Position numbers and translations under genes: made by a program. Positions 61,653 to 64,000 of a stretch of 64,000 nucleotides of DNA are shown in pieces (position 1 is the first letter of the stretch; each line of letters starts with the position of its first letter). The notes beneath the pieces are model-generated. The model saw only the letters and a list, made by a program, of their open reading frames with translations, did not search any database and had not been told where the DNA came from. The DNA is from Calditrichales bacterium (GTDB taxonomy: Bacteria > Calditrichota > Calditrichia > Calditrichales > J004), in contig OZ254086.1 of the NCBI GenBank assembly GCA_965267575.1, forward strand, positions 2,688,001 to 2,752,000, in the 5' to 3' direction.

Positions 61653-63407
61653 ATGCTCAGAACGCATACATGCGGTGAATTAAGCCTGGGAAACAGTAAG
61701 GAAACTGTTCGATTGTGTGGTTGGGTTGCCAGGCGCCGCGACCACGGAGGTGTTATTTTTATTGACTTACGAGATCAATACGGCGTTACACAGGTTGTGT
61801 TTGATCCGGCAAAAAACGTTGAATCGTATGAAGTTGCAAAATCACTGCGAACGGAATTTGTAATTCAGATTGAGGGCTTGGTTCATCCCAGACCGGAAGA
61901 ATCGCAGAACGAAGGATTGACGACGGGTTCGATAGAGGTACTTGCCGGAGAACTACACATTTTAAATAAATCCAAGACACCACCTTTTGAAATTGATGAT
62001 ATTATAAATGTCAGCGAGGAAAACCGCCTCCGGTATCGTTATCTTGACCTGAGAAGGAATCGTCTTCACAACAATATCCGCCTGAGAAGCAAAGCCACGT
62101 TTTTAATTCGTGACTTTCTTAATCGTCAGGAATTCACTGAAATAGAAACGCCCATATTAATGAAATCCACACCGGAAGGCGCACGCGATTTTCTCGTACC
62201 AAGCCGAAATTTCCCGGGTAAATTTTATGCCTTGCCACAGTCGCCGCAAACCTACAAGCAATTGCTTATGGTAGCCGGATTTGACCGTTATTTTCAGATT
62301 GTTAAATGCTTTCGCGATGAGGATTTTCGAAAAGACCGTCAACCGGAGTTTACGCAGCTTGATATGGAGATGTCTTTTATTGATGAAGAGGATATTTTTC
62401 AGGTTGCCGAGGGCCTGGTTCGCCATATTTTTAGCGAGCTTTTGGATGTACGCTTACCGGAAGCGTTTCCACGAATGACATACCGCGAGGCATTTGAAAC
62501 GTACGGAAGCGATAAACCTGATTTAAGATATGGTCTAAAGATCAGCAATTTGAATGACGTTTTTGAGGAAACCGGCTTTAACGCATTTAAGGGTGTACTC
62601 GAAAAGGGTGGCCGAATAGCCGGGCTTAAACTAAGTTCCGCAGAGCAGTATACCCGCAAAAAAGTGGATGAGCTGATTGAATTTGCTCAAAGCAACGGAG
62701 CTAAAGGACTGGCCTTTTTCAGGTTTATTAACGGCGAGATATCTACTGGTGTGGCTAAGTTTTTTAGTGAAAAGGAAAAAGAAGGACTCCGTGAACGCTT
62801 CGATCTCAAGGAAAATGATCTCTGTTTCTTAATAGCCGATGAATATGAAGCAACTTATTCGCTGCTTGGTCTCGTACGAAACCGTCTCGCCGAGCAGATG
62901 AATCTAATAAATGAAAAAGCTTTTGAAATACTATGGGTGACCGATTTTCCCCTTTTGGAATACGACAGTGAGGAAGGCCGTTACGTAGCACGACACCATC
63001 CTTTTACGAGTCCAAGAAAAGAAGATCTATCCAAGCTTGAAAATGCGCCCAAGGATGTAAAGGCGCGGGCTTATGATCTCGTTTTAAATGGCAGTGAAAT
63101 TGCCGGCGGTAGCATCAGGATTCATGATGCCGTTATACAGCGCAAAATGTTTAAGGCCCTGGGCATAAGTCAGGAAGAAGCTCAGGAGAAATTTGGCTTT
63201 TTAATGGACGCTTTTGAGTTCGGTGCGCCACCGCATGGAGGAATTGCGTTTGGAATTGACAGGCTTATGATGATCATATCCGGATCAAATTCGATCCGTG
63301 ATGTGATGGCTTTCCCAAAAACGAGTTCAGGATTGTCGCTGATGGATAATTCTCCGTCAGAGGTAGATGACAAGCAGCTAAAAGAATTGCGAATAAAAAT
63401 ATACTGA
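61653..63407 (+). CDS. aspS: Aspartate--tRNA ligase
   Basis: MLRTHTCGEL, RRRDHGG, GARDFLVPSR, PPHGGIAFG. Confidence 0.97.
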   Translation: MLRTHTCGELSLGNSKETVRLCGWVARRRDHGGVIFIDLRDQYGVTQVVFDPAKNVESYEVAKSLRTEFVIQIEGLVHPRPEESQNEGLTTGSIEVLAGELHILNKSKTPPFEIDDIINVSEENRLRYRYLDLRRNRLHNNIRLRSKATFLIRDFLNRQEFTEIETPILMKSTPEGARDFLVPSRNFPGKFYALPQSPQTYKQLLMVAGFDRYFQIVKCFRDEDFRKDRQPEFTQLDMEMSFIDEEDIFQVAEGLVRHIFSELLDVRLPEAFPRMTYREAFETYGSDKPDLRYGLKISNLNDVFEETGFNAFKGVLEKGGRIAGLKLSSAEQYTRKKVDELIEFAQSNGAKGLAFFRFINGEISTGVAKFFSEKEKEGLRERFDLKENDLCFLIADEYEATYSLLGLVRNRLAEQMNLINEKAFEILWVTDFPLLEYDSEEGRYVARHHPFTSPRKEDLSKLENAPKDVKARAYDLVLNGSEIAGGSIRIHDAVIQRKMFKALGISQEEAQEKFGFLMDAFEFGAPPHGGIAFGIDRLMMIISGSNSIRDVMAFPKTSSGLSLMDNSPSEVDDKQLKELRIKIY

Positions 63408-63470
63408 GAAAATGTTACACAAAATGGCTTAAAAGCCGTCAAAATAAGTCTTTGCAGCGTTTTTATCTGC

Positions 63471-63499
63471 TTGACATAATTTAAGGAATTTAGTACTTT
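63471..63499 (+). promoter_or_regulatory. Sigma70-type promoter
   Basis: TTGACA-N17-TACTTT. Confidence 0.65.
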
Positions 63500-63539
63500 T
63501 TGTCTCAATAACTCAAAACACTTCCTAGGAGGCTCATTA

Positions 63540-63836
63540 ATGAAGATATTCAATCTTTCCTTGAGACGTGCAGTTCTCTCGCTTTTTATTATAATTGGCT
63601 TGAGTCTGACAAGCTGCGGCTGGAAACCCAGTGAAGAAGAAATCAATACACTGGAAGAAACACGCGCTGCGGCACTGGCTGCTGAAAAAACGCAGCAAGA
63701 GAAGAAAGCTGAAGCAGATGCTTTACAGCGCCAGGTGGATGCTAAAAAAGCTGAGCTTGAGCGTGTAAAGGCAGAAAAGGAAAAAGTGCGTAAAGCGCTG
63801 GCTGAGGAAGCTGAGGCTTCTGAGGATATGGAATAA
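63540..63836 (+). CDS. Small coiled-coil lipoprotein
   Basis: Lipobox LTSC; AGGAGG RBS; Ala/Glu/Lys coiled coil. Confidence 0.8.
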   Translation: MKIFNLSLRRAVLSLFIIIGLSLTSCGWKPSEEEINTLEETRAAALAAEKTQQEKKAEADALQRQVDAKKAELERVKAEKEKVRKALAEEAEASEDME

Positions 63837-63879
63837 CGGGAAAGCAGATAACACTTTCAGAAAACAGGAGAACTCCACT

Positions 63880-64000
63880 ATGAAATCAATAAAGTTGATT
63901 ACGATACTGCTTTGCCTTGCAGCTTTTGGTACCAGTAGCCTTCTGGCGCAGACCTATTCTTATAATTATGAAGAAATGACGCAAGAGCAGTATATGGCCG
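63880..64000 (+). CDS. Secreted protein, partial (runs off window end)
   Basis: AGGAG RBS; MKSIKLITILLCLAAFGTSSLLAQ... Confidence 0.7.
   Translation, partial: MKSIKLITILLCLAAFGTSSLLAQTYSYNYEEMTQEQYMA

Overview
Bacterial chromosomal window, probably from an FCB-group organism such as Calditrichota (inferred from gene content and order, and from CTD-bearing secreted proteins). From ~15.7 kb to 64 kb it is housekeeping DNA: a hybrid histidine kinase, pfkB-family kinase, argS, rsfS, panBC, mnmA, fabH, lipA, der, parAB-M23-bactofilin, a complete F1Fo atp operon, a TPR/TPR/GltF-like/TolQ/TolR/TolR/TonB-C cluster resembling the myxobacterial Agl-Glt core, and aspS. The first ~15.6 kb is an accessory island with three parts. 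(1) A 6.7-kb segment bracketed by REP-like direct repeats holds a Phd-VapC toxin-antitoxin pair and ~5.5 kb of compositionally foreign, archaeal-looking DNA. That DNA forms two tandem ~2.7-kb units, each with a 659-bp shared repeat, a variable Cys-rich C-terminus and a convergent variable secreted-protein gene. (2) A small integrase-less attC cassette array ends near a dif-like site. (3) A type III R-M operon has a Res nuclease motif that looks dead and an extra, translationally coupled nuclease-like gene. No rRNA, tRNA, CRISPR array, integrase or transposase was recognised. All family calls come from motifs read by eye; no searches were run.
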